A model generated the notes under the pieces. That model saw nothing but the letters and a program-made list of their open reading frames with translations. It did no database searches and had not been told where the DNA came from. The translations under genes and the position numbers were made by a program. From Candidatus Oxydemutatoraceae bacterium (GTDB lineage: Bacteria; Pseudomonadota; Gammaproteobacteria; Poriferisulfidales; Oxydemutatoraceae), in NCBI GenBank assembly GCA_965219575.1, contig OZ244779.1:1644769-1708768 (forward strand): 64,000 nt of DNA, given 5' to 3'. Below are positions 41,188 through 52,200 of the stretch, piece after piece. The stretch's first letter is position 1. Each line of letters starts with the position of its first letter.

Positions 41188-41396
41188 GGGCTGTTGAAAA
41201 AGTATCGCTCGGCACGATTTATACATTCATCCACCCGATTTATGGAAACCAAACCCAAACGGCGCAAGCGGTTGAGCTTGTGCAGAATGGTATCGTTTTG
41301 GGCAGACACACAGGTCTGCCCCTACGACTTTGTGGTTATCATACATGTGGCGCAAAGCGGTTGAATTCGTGCAGAGCGATACTTTTTCAACAGCCC
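41188..41396. mobile_element. MITE-like non-autonomous element, 209 bp, with 30-bp terminal inverted repeats
   Basis: Left gggctgttgaaaaagtatcgctcggcacga (41188-41217) and right tcgtgcagagcgatactttttcaacagccc (41367-41396) are complementary at 29/30 positions. No coding capacity. No clear target-site duplication. Confidence 0.75.
41300..41325 (-). repeat. GTAG-type REP hairpin
   Basis: GTAG GGGCAGAC CTGTGT GTCTGCCC: GTAG tetranucleotide plus a perfect 8-bp stem. Confidence 0.85.
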
Positions 41397-41444
41397 CCCC
41401 TTAGCGACCACCCCGTCAGGTGCAATAGCCCCATGTTCTTGGCA

Positions 41445-41999
41445 TTAGTTCACCAAAAGCACGGCCACACTGAGAATAGAACATACCGAAACAAAAATGC
41501 CGATAGCGAGCCCAACACCCCATTTATAAATGTCATCTCTCAATTTAGATTGATCTCTTGCAATGGTTGCAATGTCCCTTTTCATTTCTACAATATCAGC
41601 TTTTATATTCAAGATGTCGGTTTTCATAGCCGCCATATCAACTTCAACATTGTTTAGTCTCAGTTCTATACTTTTTATATCGGCTTTGATATTTACAATC
41701 TCGGATTCAACATTGCTTAGTCTCAGTTCTATACCTTTTATATCGGCTTTGATATTTATAATCTCAGAATCAACATTGTTTAGTCTCAGTTCTATACTCT
41801 TTATATCGGCTTTCATATCTGCGATGTCGGTTTCAATATTGTTTAATCTCGGTTCTGTACTTTCCGTGTATAAACCTGCTTTGTCCGACTGTGGGGCATG
41901 TGTTTCCGATTCTAGAGAGTCTAGCTTTGACTTCATTTCGAGCACCATTTCATAAATAGTTTCAATCGTCAATTTATCTACATTTTCTATATTTTCCAT
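41445..41999 (-). CDS. 184-aa coiled-coil protein with 21-aa tandem repeats and a C-terminal transmembrane anchor (DUF1640/CCDC90/Bdr-like architecture)
   Basis: Heptad repeats (DIKSIELRLNNVDSEIINIKA) x3+, C-terminal WGVGLAIGIFVSVCSILSVAVLLV, SD-like GAAGAGG just upstream of the ATG, own promoter. The family assignment is by architecture only. Confidence 0.88.
   Translation of the reverse strand: MENIENVDKLTIETIYEMVLEMKSKLDSLESETHAPQSDKAGLYTESTEPRLNNIETDIADMKADIKSIELRLNNVDSEIINIKADIKGIELRLSNVESEIVNIKADIKSIELRLNNVEVDMAAMKTDILNIKADIVEMKRDIATIARDQSKLRDDIYKWGVGLAIGIFVSVCSILSVAVLLVN
41645..41856. repeat. 63-bp tandem repeat (3 copies plus a partial) inside the coiled-coil gene
   Basis: caacattg(t/c)ttagtctcagttctatac..tttatatcggcttt at 41645, 41708 and 41771, with a degenerate start at 41834. 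Confidence 0.93.
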
Positions 42000-42018
42000 T
42001 TTTAGCCTCTTCAGTTGA

Positions 42019-42047
42019 ATTATAAGAAAGAGCCTGCTTTATAGCAA
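42019..42047 (-). promoter_or_regulatory. Putative sigma70 promoter of the coiled-coil gene
   Basis: The minus strand reads TTGCTA-17 nt-TATAAT, ending 19 nt upstream of ATG 41999. Confidence 0.7.
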
Positions 42048-42209
42048 GCCGTCTAATCGTAATCGGATTATAAATTCGGCTATAGGGTGCTTTTTCGCGT
42101 TTCCGATGAACAGCACTAAAAAAATGGATGAATGGTAAAAGCTATTATGTACACTCGGTTTTGACTCCCATAAATCAATGAGAAAACGCGTTAATCGTGC
42201 AGACCCTCA

Positions 42210-42506
42210 GAGGCTGTTGAAAAAGTGTGGATATCGTATAAATCCAACCGCTGTGCGCCATTTAGTTTTGGTTTCCATAAATCGGGTGAATGAATGTATA
42301 AATCTTGCAGATACGACGGGGCTGTTGAAAAGTATCGTTGCACAACCGTAGCCGCTTGCGCCATGAATTTATGCAAACCACCGAGTCGTAGGGGCGGACT
42401 GGCATGTCCGCCCGAACACGCGTCATGTTTGCACGAACCCAACCGCTTGCGCCATTTGGTTTTGGTTTCCATAAATTGGATGAATGTATAAACTGTGCTG
42501 ATACGC
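42210..42506. mobile_element. Two partial/degenerate copies of the MITE-like family in tandem
   Basis: gaggctgttgaaaaagt at 42210 and ggggctgttgaaaagtatcg at 42318. Each is followed by the conserved core aaccgc..gcgccattt.gttttggtttccataaat.gg.tgaatg..tataaa, which is the reverse complement of the core at ~41218-41275. Confidence 0.65.
42388..42413 (+). repeat. GTAG-type REP hairpin
   Basis: GTAG GGGCGGAC TGGCAT GTCCGCCC. Confidence 0.85.
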
Positions 42507-42682
42507 AGCAACCACCCCGTCAGGCTGAATAGAACCGCCGATTGAACCGGTAGGTCAATCGGCAACTCTGATGTCTGCCCTTAAGTACCGTTCTGCACGA
42601 CACCAACCACTTGCGCCATTTTGTTTTGGTTTCCATAAATTGGATGGATGAATGTATAAATCGTGTAGGCACAACGCGTTAC

Positions 42683-42708
42683 GGGCGGACATGTTAGTCC
42701 GCCCCTAC
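42683..42708 (-). repeat. GTAG-type REP hairpin
   Basis: GTAG GGGCGGAC TAACAT GTCCGCCC. Confidence 0.85.
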
Positions 42709-42957
42709 AGGTGGGTTGGATAATTATGCGGCGCAAGCGGTTACGGTTTTGCAGAACAGTATTTTTTCAACAGTCCCCCTTAGCAACCACCCCGTCAGGC
42801 TGAATAGAACCGCCGATTGAACCGGTAGGTCAATCGGCAACTCTGATGTCTGCCCTTAAGTACCGTTCTGCACGACACCAACCACTTGCGCCATTTTGTT
42901 TTGGTTTCCATAAATTGGATGGATGAATGTATAAATCGTGTAGGCACAACGCGTTAC

Positions 42958-42983
42958 GGGCGGACATGTTAGTCCGCCCCTAC
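42958..42983 (-). repeat. GTAG-type REP hairpin
   Basis: Identical to 42683-42708. Confidence 0.85.
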
Positions 42984-43234
42984 AGGTGGGTTGGATAATT
43001 ATGCGGCGCAAGCGGTTACGGTTTTGCAGAACAGTATTTTTTCAACAGTCCCCCTTAGCGACCACCCCGTCAGGCTGAATAGAACCGCCGATTGAACCGG
43101 TAGGTCAATCGGCAACTCTGATGTCTGCCCTTAAGTACCGTTCTGCACGACACCAACCGCTTGCGCCATTTGGTTTTGGTTTCCATAAACTGGATGAATA
43201 AATGTATAAATCGTGCCGGCAAACGCGTTGTTAC

Positions 43235-43260
43235 GGGCGGACATACAAGTCCGCCCCTAC
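43235..43260 (-). repeat. GTAG-type REP hairpin 12 nt downstream of the gene A stop codon
   Basis: GTAG GGGCGGAC TTGTAT GTCCGCCC. The stop TAG is at 43273-43275. Confidence 0.85.
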
Positions 43261-43272
43261 GACTTGGCGGTA

Positions 43273-46200
43273 CTACTGGAGAGGGCCTTCTAAAAAGACT
43301 TTGGCGCGGATGCGTATCGCATCCGTCGCCGAGACTCGCGACAGAGTCACGGTATAGGGTCGGCTATCCCCACTCTGTGCGGTCACCTCTATGGTAATAT
43401 CTCTGCTCATTCCGGGATCAATAGAAACCCTGAGGCTTGCCGATTGCATTGCGCGACCCGAGTCTATCGTTCCGTCTCGGATCACCAGTACTGTATTTTC
43501 GGCGTTGACCGTCGCAGTGAGCGTTGTACCGGCTATGTCGTTAGGCAACTCTACGGTGTAGTTGATGCGTTGGCTTTCCGAGGTCTCGTCAAATATAAAT
43601 TCCGGCACTACACCTTGAGATGTACTTAGCATACTCAACCTCGTATCTTGATTTTGCTCGCGGTCGATAGTCACGGTATAGGCTTTAGTCGTCTGTCGGT
43701 CTTCGGCAAGCACGACAATTCTAGCTACCCTAGTCTGGCCTTCGTTCAACGAGAAAGGGTCATCAATATTTGCCGATTGCATGTTTATCATAAAGCTCAT
43801 AATTTCGGCAATGGGATGTTCACGTTCCGCTTGTACTCTAATATTCCGTATCTTATCACCGACTATCGGGTTAGGAATCGTATAGACATAGTTGGCACTC
43901 GTCGCCAGGTTGTCGAATTCGATAAGTGGACCTGCTCCCGAAGCGGGCAGGATATTCAAAGTTTGCAAGTTGGCATTATTGCTCACCTCGCGAGTCGCAC
44001 GCACTACATAGTTACTCGTCGTCACACCCGGTGCGCTAAGTGCCACGACAATCTCTCTAGTCTCTCTCGTCCGTTCTACGGGAAACGGAATCGTAGCACT
44101 CCCGTCGGTTAAGTTTTGCAATCGGCGGTCGACCGATATCGTATATGTAGTGTTGCTTTCGCCGTCCGGCAATACCGGACTCACAACCAGATTCCCACCC
44201 TCGCTTGCCACTGCTACCTCATAGCTTCTCACCGAAGCATCAAAATTATAAGGATCATCCGAACTAAGTCCGGTCAAATCTAGACTCTGCAGGGTTAACG
44301 GACGGAATATATTGACGGTATAGGTCGCTTCGGTAAAGCCGTCGAGAGTGCTATCAGTGCGTCTTACAACGAGGGTGATTCGGTTCTCACCTCTTGCCAG
44401 CGGAATAGCTAGAGAAATAGAGACAGTGGCATTTGCATTCAGCGACACAGTATCACGATTCAAAGTATAGTTGAAGGAGTTACTACCTATGCGAATACTC
44501 CGAATACGCACCCCGTCGATATCCACCGATGCCGTTGCCGTAGTGGCTACGATATCCCCACCCGAGAGTGTGCCTATGTATTCGGTTCCCGAATCGTCTT
44601 CGGGGTCTTCGGTTAAGGTGATACCGGACATTTGAAGCATAAACCCTAGCGCAGCTCTATCGACTGGCGAGTCGCGATAGAGCGTCACGGTATAAGTCTG
44701 CGTACTGCCGCTCTGTGCGGTCACATCTACGGTGACCGATTTACGCGCACCGGGGTCGACCTCAACTCTCAAACTCGGTCCCAGCGAGATAAGGTTTCCT
44801 TCTCCGTCTCTGATTGACAATTTTGCATTTGCAGCGTTGACCGTCGCAGTGAGCGTCGTACCGGCTATGTCGTTAGGCAACTCTACGGTGTAGTCGGTGC
44901 GTTGGCTTGCCGAACGCTCGTTGAATACGAATGTCGGTGCCAATGAACCCGGTGATACACCGAGCGTCCTCAGTCTCGTATCTTGATTTTGCTCGCGGTC
45001 GATAGTCACGGTATAGGCTTTAGTCGTCTGTCGGTCTTCGGCAAGCACGACAATTCTAGCTACCCTAGTCTGGCCTTCGTTCAACGAGAAAGGGTCATCA
45101 ATATTTGCCGATTGCATGTTTATCATAAAGCTCATAATTTCGGCATTGGGATGTTCACGTTCCGCTTGTACTCTAATATTCCGTATCTTATCACCGACTA
45201 TCGGGTTAGGAATCGTATAGACATAGTTGGCACTCGTCGCCAGGTTGTCGAATTCGATAAGTGGACCTGCTCCCGAAGCGGGCAGGATATTCAAAGTTTG
45301 CAAGTTGGCATTATCGCTCGCCTCGCGGGTCGCACGCACCACATAGTTACTCGTCGTCGCACCCGGTGCTACGAGTGCTACGGTAATGTCCTTAGTTTCA
45401 TTGACATTGAATGGAATTGTAGCACTTCCGTTAGCGGCTTGTGTCACCTCCTCGTCGGCATCAAATATCGTATATTCTACGATACCGTTATCTCTATCGA
45501 GCAGTACCGGACTCACGACCAGATTGTCGCTATCGCGTGCCACCGTCACCGTATAGTTGCGGGTAAAGGCATCAAAACGATAAGGGTCATCGTCGCTAAG
45601 CCCGTCCAAACCTAGTGTCTGCAAAATCAGCGGACGAATGACGGTTGCGGTATAGGTCGCTTCGGTATAACCGTCCTCGGTGCTATCGGTGCGTCTTAGG
45701 ACGAGAGTGATGCGGTTGGCACCTCGCTGCAATGGAATAGCCTTGGAAATAGGAGCAGAAGCTGCATTTGCGCTTAAATCTACCGGATTATCGTTCAAGA
45801 TATAGTCGGTGCCACCCAAAAGGATGCTCCGAATACTTACACCGGCGGCGGTCGCCGCTGCCGACGCTACGGTTTCGGTCGCGGTGCTGATCAGTTCGCC
45901 GCGATATTCGGTTTCGGAGTCACCCTCCGGATCAAGTTCCACATCGCTCATTCGAAGCATAAACCCTAAGGCACTTCGGGTCACCGATGCGGCTCGGGAT
46001 ATCACCACGGTATAAGTTGTGATTGTTCGATCCTGTGCGGTTGCCGAGATGGTAATGTCTTTGCTCATTCCGCGATTAACCGGAACCGTTAGGCTTGCCG
46101 ATTGCATTGCGCGACCCGAGTTTCTCATTCCGTCTCGGATCACCAGTGTTGCGTTCGCATTGGCGGCGGTTGCACTCAGTTCAACATCTTCGGTGTCGTT

Positions 46201-49200
46201 AGGCAACTCTACGCTATATTTTCTAACCTCTTGAGTTGCCGTCGAAGGGTCAAAGTCGAATTGCGGCATTAATTGACCCGACGATACCGCTAGCGTACTC
46301 AGCCGGGTATCTCGGCTCGGTGCCCGCACGATAGTCACCGTATAGGTTTTCTGCACGCTACGCTGTTGTGCGGTCACCACAATTCGGGCGCGCTTAGTCT
46401 CACCTTCGGCTAGAGAAATGTTCTCATTTATCCTATTGACACCCATAACTCTTGGGGGGGTGTCTTCGCCTATCGTAAGACTTAGCGTCGCATCGGGATG
46501 TGCGGCTTGCGCTTGCAGACTAACACTCGTTATCTTGTCACCGACGATCGGGTTGGAAATTCTATACTCGTAGCTATCACGCATTGCCAAATTTTCAAAG
46601 CCGGTAGGCGCACCTCGGTTCGGCACGATATCCAAAGCACTCAAGTCGGCATTGCGACTGATTTCTCGGGTCGCACGCACCGTGTAGCTATTCGTCACTC
46701 CGTTCTCTGCTTCAACAATGACGGTAATGACTTTCGGCTCTCCGGCGACGAGCGCAATTGAAGCCGCACCTGATTCTAAATCCTCCGCCGCTATCTCGGT
46801 GTTTTCGTCGCGGATCGTATACACGACATTATTACTTTGATCTATACCGGACAATACGGGTCTCACAACGAGGCGTTTATTCTCGTTTGCAATCGTGACC
46901 GTATAGCTACGCGTAGAGGAACCGAAACGATAAGGATCATCGGTCCTAAGTCCGGTCAGACGCAAATCCTCCAAAATCACCGGACGAATATCGGTTACGG
47001 TATAGCGTCGGGTGGTCTCACCGGCTTCTGCGGTTACGACGATTTCAATCGTATTTTCTCCGTAAGCTCGGGTAATATCGTATGTGTTAGTAGGATTGGG
47101 GGTAAACAATCTACCGCCGGGATTATCAATGTCGCGGTTGCGTTGCCTAACTTCAATCTGTTGCCCGCGTTGGATATTCACACCCAGCACAAAGTTGTTT
47201 CCGCTAAGGTCTTCTATCTCGTAATCCTCTACATTGCCGGCAAAGTTCGGATTTAAGCGACCGGGTGACAATACAATATCATTCAATTCGGCTTCGGTGT
47301 TTCTGAGGGTTATCAGCACGATATAGTCTTGGGTGGTCCGTCGATCTTGTGCGGTCACGACGATGGTAATCGTCGTCGTCCGATCCTCGGTCACCGCGAT
47401 CAGCGAACTCTGTCCACTCTCGGCTATGACTTCGCCGCGATCGCGCCCCGGTGCAAAAACTTCCACTTTATCTACATAGGGCTGTGCGGTCGGTCTCACT
47501 CTAACACCGGTCACACTATCGCTGAACGATGCCGAATATCGACCGCCATTGCGCACGCTATCAAAAATCACCAACGACGCAACCTCAAACGACGATTGCG
47601 GCAATAATTCCAATGCCGACAAACGCGCATCGGTACTGGGTGCCCGATCTACCGTCAAGGTGTAATCCGCGCGGTCGTCTTCGCTACCGGATTGTGCGGT
47701 TATCGTAATTCGCAATACCATGCGGTCGCCGGGATCGTCTAAGGTGATGCGTGCTTGTGCTACACCCACTGCCCTTCCGACCTCCGTATTGCTTGCATCG
47801 GTAATCACCACCGTTGCAAATTCGTCGCCGGCGGTCACGGTTACGATGCTACTCGTCGTCGCTTGGTTTAAGGTCGCGTTATAGGTTCCGTCACCGTTAT
47901 CTACGACCGATGCATCAACCACAGTAATATCTGCCAAGCTCGCATCGCTACTCGGGTCACGACTTAGCTCCAAGGTATAGCGTTCGATCGTCTCACTATC
48001 CTGCGCAGTCACTACGATGATCAGGGTTTGGGAGGTACCGGTATCGGCAATGGTCACTTGCCTGCCGAGCATGTTGCGAGCGGAATTCGTCTCTCCGTCC
48101 AAAGTGATTGCCACAGTCGCTTGCGAATGGGTCGTTGTCACGGTCACGGTCGTATTCGATGTGTTTTCGTCTAGGCTCCTACGGTAAATCCCGTCTCTAC
48201 CCACCGTTATAGTATCGCCACCGACAATGACACTTGCCAAACTCGCATCCGCACTGCTCACCCGAATTATCCGTAGGCTATAGGTCGCAGATGTAGTCTG
48301 ATTTTCGGCAATCACTTTGATCGCTATGGTTCGCTCCGGTGTATCCAAGTCGGCGCGCAGCGTGATGAGCTTATCGGGCATAGATTCCGGCGTACCGCCG
48401 TCTATACTAACCGTCGCCTCTCCGTCTTCGGCACGCGGCGATACCACGATTCGCATTATGTCTTGAACCTCAAGCCCGGCTATCCCCATGATACGCGCCG
48501 AGTAGGTTCTCTCTCCTTCTTCGTCGGGTGATGTCAATGTAAGCAGACGACGCATATTGTTATCCAACGAAAGCGCAATGCTCGCTAAGTTTGCATTGCT
48601 ACGGTCGGCTTCGGCGCGGGTCACGGCTACGGTATAACCTCGGGTCGTGCTGTCGTCCTGGGAGCTGACCGTGATGCGAATGAGTTTTTCTATTTCCGGC
48701 ACCGTCAAATCAAAGGCCCTGTCAATCGTGCCGGTTGCGACCTCCTCTTTACCGTCTATGACCACTTCGATTCTCGCACGCGGATGGGCTTCGGCAATCA
48801 CCCGAGTGCCGGTGGTGGCATTCGGAACCGCAAAGCTATAGACCTGTGTTCTGCTCGTAGGATCAAAGCCCGGCAGTAGGTTTGCATCGTTTGCATCCAG
48901 CAACCGTAAATCTCTCAAATCGGCATCCGAACTCTCGGCGCGGTTTATGGTCACGGTATAAGTCTCGCTCGTCGCACCGTTTTGTGCAGTCACCTCAATC
49001 CGAACTTGTGCCGAACCGCCTTCGTCTATGGATATAGGGATCGTGCTGTCGGCACCGCTTTGCACCCGTTCACCATCGGCATCCCCCGGTGCGTGTACAT
49101 CGATGACCGCTTGGCTGTTTTCGGCAGTCGGGCGAATCAATACTTGTGCCACCGAATTGGCTATATTGAAAGACGGTCGGGTCTCATTACATCCAATGTC

Positions 49201-52200
49201 CTCGTTCACCAACGATCGGCTATCGTCTGCGTCTAGAATTGCTATCGCATCCAGACAATCGTTAGTGCTTTGTGCGCGGGTGACGGTCAAAGTATGGTCT
49301 TTGAACACCTCACCGTTCTCCGCAATCACGCGGATCAGCAAGTCTCTACGGTCGCCGGTCTCGGCGAGGGTGATATCCACCATCCCCTGTTGTCTTGCAC
49401 TCACCAGCCGGGTATTGTTTTCGCTGATTGTCACCGTTGCTAATTGATCGCCGGCAACGGCGGTCACGGTCGCATTCATCACACTCTCGGCTACGGTTGT
49501 GCTATACATCGGTGGGTCGCCTTGCGGTATCAAGCTATCCGCACCCGGCGACACACGCAACGATGCCAAGTTTGCATTCGATCCCAGTATAATCCTTGCC
49601 GTCAACTTATAATCTTCGGTCATGCCGTTTTGCGCGGTCACGGTAATAGTAATCTCTCGTTGTGCCACCGCAATGTCGTTAAGACCCATTGGAACACCTA
49701 TCGGGATGTTGGTTTTCGTAGCAGTCCGACCACCGATTGCATCCGCGCCACCATTAATACTAATCGTCACCGTCGCACTGGAATGTGCTGCCGTCGCCGA
49801 CACCGAGAACGAGGTTACACTTCTGTCAATCACCGCAGTATATTCGCTATCGCTTCCCGAAACTGCGGTTGCCGTAGTCTCACCGACACCGGGGATGATG
49901 ATTATCGGTGCGCCACTCAAGCGGGTATCGGAACTGAGCGCGCGACTTATATTGAGTCTATAGCGGTTTATCGTTTCTCCGTCGGATGCGGTCACTTTAA
50001 CCTCAATCGTATTTCGACCGACACCTAAACGCAGGCTCGTATCGAGACATTCAATCGGGGAGTCGCTCTCGGCACCGGCAACTTTGCTAATCTCGACAGT
50101 CGCCTCGCCGTATTGATCATCCTGTAGTGCTTGTACTAAAATACAATCTATTGCACTTTCAACAGTGGGAAGCGTGTACTCCAGTGTGTCGGACATAAAA
50201 TCGCTCACACCTAAGGATCGAGAGGGTCTCTCTTCCGAAGTGGAAGACAGTGTGTAGAGTATACTTCGCAACCTGGCATTTTTACTCGACAGCCGATCGA
50301 CAGTCAACTTATAGGTTTGCGATGTGACTCCGTCGTGAGCAATTATTTTCAATTCTATTTCGTTTTCACCTATGACAAAAAGCGGTTCGCTTTCGGGTCG
50401 ATCTCTGGTAACCGAACCCGTCTCCAGTCCGCTTAAACTCAACGGTATACCGTTCCATAGAATGGCGGTGATTTTGGTGTCCTGCGGTGTCACCCTCAAG
50501 CTGACGGTTCTTTGATCGTTGGCAACCTCGACGGTATAGTTCTGTGTCGTCGGGTTAAACACACTTAGCACATTGATATCGTCGTCGTTCAGCACTTGCA
50601 AGTCTTGCAATTCGGCATCGGTACTTCTGAGACGAGTAATCGTAAGCGTGGTAGCTTGTTGTGTTCCCAATGCCGAAGTGGCGATCACCATCGTATTGTC
50701 GTCGTAGTTCAACGGCACCGATACGATTTTCTCTATCCTATCGGCAAGCACTCGGGTATCGGTCGTAGTCGGTGCAATGTCCGCTCTCAGTTCGGACACG
50801 ACTTGCAGATCGGTTGCGAATGTCACCCTAACTTGCGATGTCTCGGTGGGAACGACTGCGGTATAAATGTGCTGCGTAGAAGCGAATGTCGGCACCAAGG
50901 TGACCGTAGTCGCCGGTGCATAAGTCAATACCAAGTCCTGCAAATCCAAGCTGTATTCACGCACAACGACGAGCGTATAAACGGTGTCGGTTTCACGCGG
51001 TGCCTGCACTCTAAGTGTTATCGTGTTATTGCCGATATTCAGCGGTGAACTATCAACCCGATTACCGTCGACCTCCACATCGTTGACGAGCACCGTGGTT
51101 CCCTCTTTGCGCTCGAATTCTATGGTCTCGGAACCCCGCTCGTTGGCGATGGTCGCAAAATATCGGGGCACTTCGGGATCGAATTCTCTGCCGAAGTCGG
51201 TCCCCGCCAATCTTAGACTTCTCAATCGGGTATTGTATCGACGCCAAACATTTACGCTATACATGGCAACTTCCGGGTCCGCGAATGACCCGCCCGGTGC
51301 CGTCACCGTGAACGCAATGCCGTTTTCTCCCAAAGCCAAGCCACCGATCGTTGCTTGCGCAACCAGCAAGCCGGCTTGCGTCGAGGTCGTAATCTCACCG
51401 ACCGTATTGCCGTCGGATGCGATAACAATATCCACCAACTCGTTGACGCTCGCAATCACCGTGATGGTGCTTATCGCGTTGGGAATATCCGGTCGCATCC
51501 GTAGATCGGCACCCAAATCTCTGATCTCGGTGCCGTCCTCACCTTGCCATTCAACGCGCCAGCCTCGTATCGCAACATCGTAGCCACGAAAGACCGTATA
51601 GGTTCGGGTGCTGGTGTCGTCTTCACCCTGCGATACGATAGTGATTTCGTTGTCGCCGTATTCCAAATCCAGGGTTGTTGCAATTTCATCGGCAAGCGGC
51701 ACACCGTTCACCGAGATTGCGCCGCCGATTGCCGTCACACCGAGGTGCTCGACTTCGGTCGGCACGCGATAGTTTCGCACCTCAAAGTCGAAGTCCGGCG
51801 ATAAATCGTCGGCAGCCAATTCCACGAAGATAAAGCCTTCGGTATCGGCAACCAGTGTCTCTCTCAGCACCAATCCGGTAGATGCTCGTTGCGGTGGAGA
51901 TGCAATCGTCCGGCTATAACCTTGCCCGTCTGTGTAGCTCACCACCACTCTGTAATGATCGGCAACCTCGCCGACGACGGTATAGCCGATACCGTTCGCA
52001 TTATTAATGTCCGTCCAGTTGCCTCCCGATCGTTGCTGCCACCGGTATGCGACAGCGCGAGGATCGCCGGCACCGTCGGGGTCTTCCGCGAGCTTGTCTC
52101 TATCCAGTGTCGGGGCGGTATAAGTAAAGCCTACCTGTGTCGGTGTCGTGATGCCGTCTATTGTGCCGTTATCGTACTTTGCCACACTAAACGAGCGTGC

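Larger units (their letters stand above)
42507..43260. repeat. 275-bp tandem repeat: two essentially identical copies plus a diverged partial third copy
   Basis: agc(a/g)accaccccgtcaggctgaatagaaccgccgattgaaccggtaggtcaatcggc... starts at 42507, 42782 and 43057. Confidence 0.97.

Noticed and set aside
41142-42565. ORFs 41142-41657(+), 41563-41955(+), 42191-42565(-), 42294-42491(+) and 41082-41309(-)
   Set aside because: They are read-throughs of the repeat elements or antisense to the coiled-coil gene, with no RBS or protein-like features.
42520-42636. Small peptide METKTKWRK.. encoded by the conserved repeat core
   Set aside because: Some variation is synonymous, but other copies have missense changes or a frameshift, downstream sequences differ, and there is no SD. 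The evidence is insufficient.
42210-43260. CRISPR array
   Set aside because: Repeat units are too long, the intervening sequences are themselves repeats or duplicates rather than unique spacers, and there are no cas genes in the window.
41188-43260. Integron attC cassette array
   Set aside because: No RYYYAAC...GTTRRRY-bounded sites were recognised and there is no integrase. The gene has its own promoter.
43273-44200. Autotransporter beta-barrel, RTX/T1SS tail or T9SS CTD at the end of gene A
   Set aside because: The C-terminus consists of ordinary stalk repeats plus a 14-aa tail. There is no terminal aromatic residue, no GGxGxD nonapeptides and no CTD motifs.
43640-45314. Diversity-generating retroelement TR/VR pair
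   Set aside because: Only one difference was noticed, both copies are in-frame coding, paralog differences are not adenine-specific, and there is no reverse transcriptase in the window.
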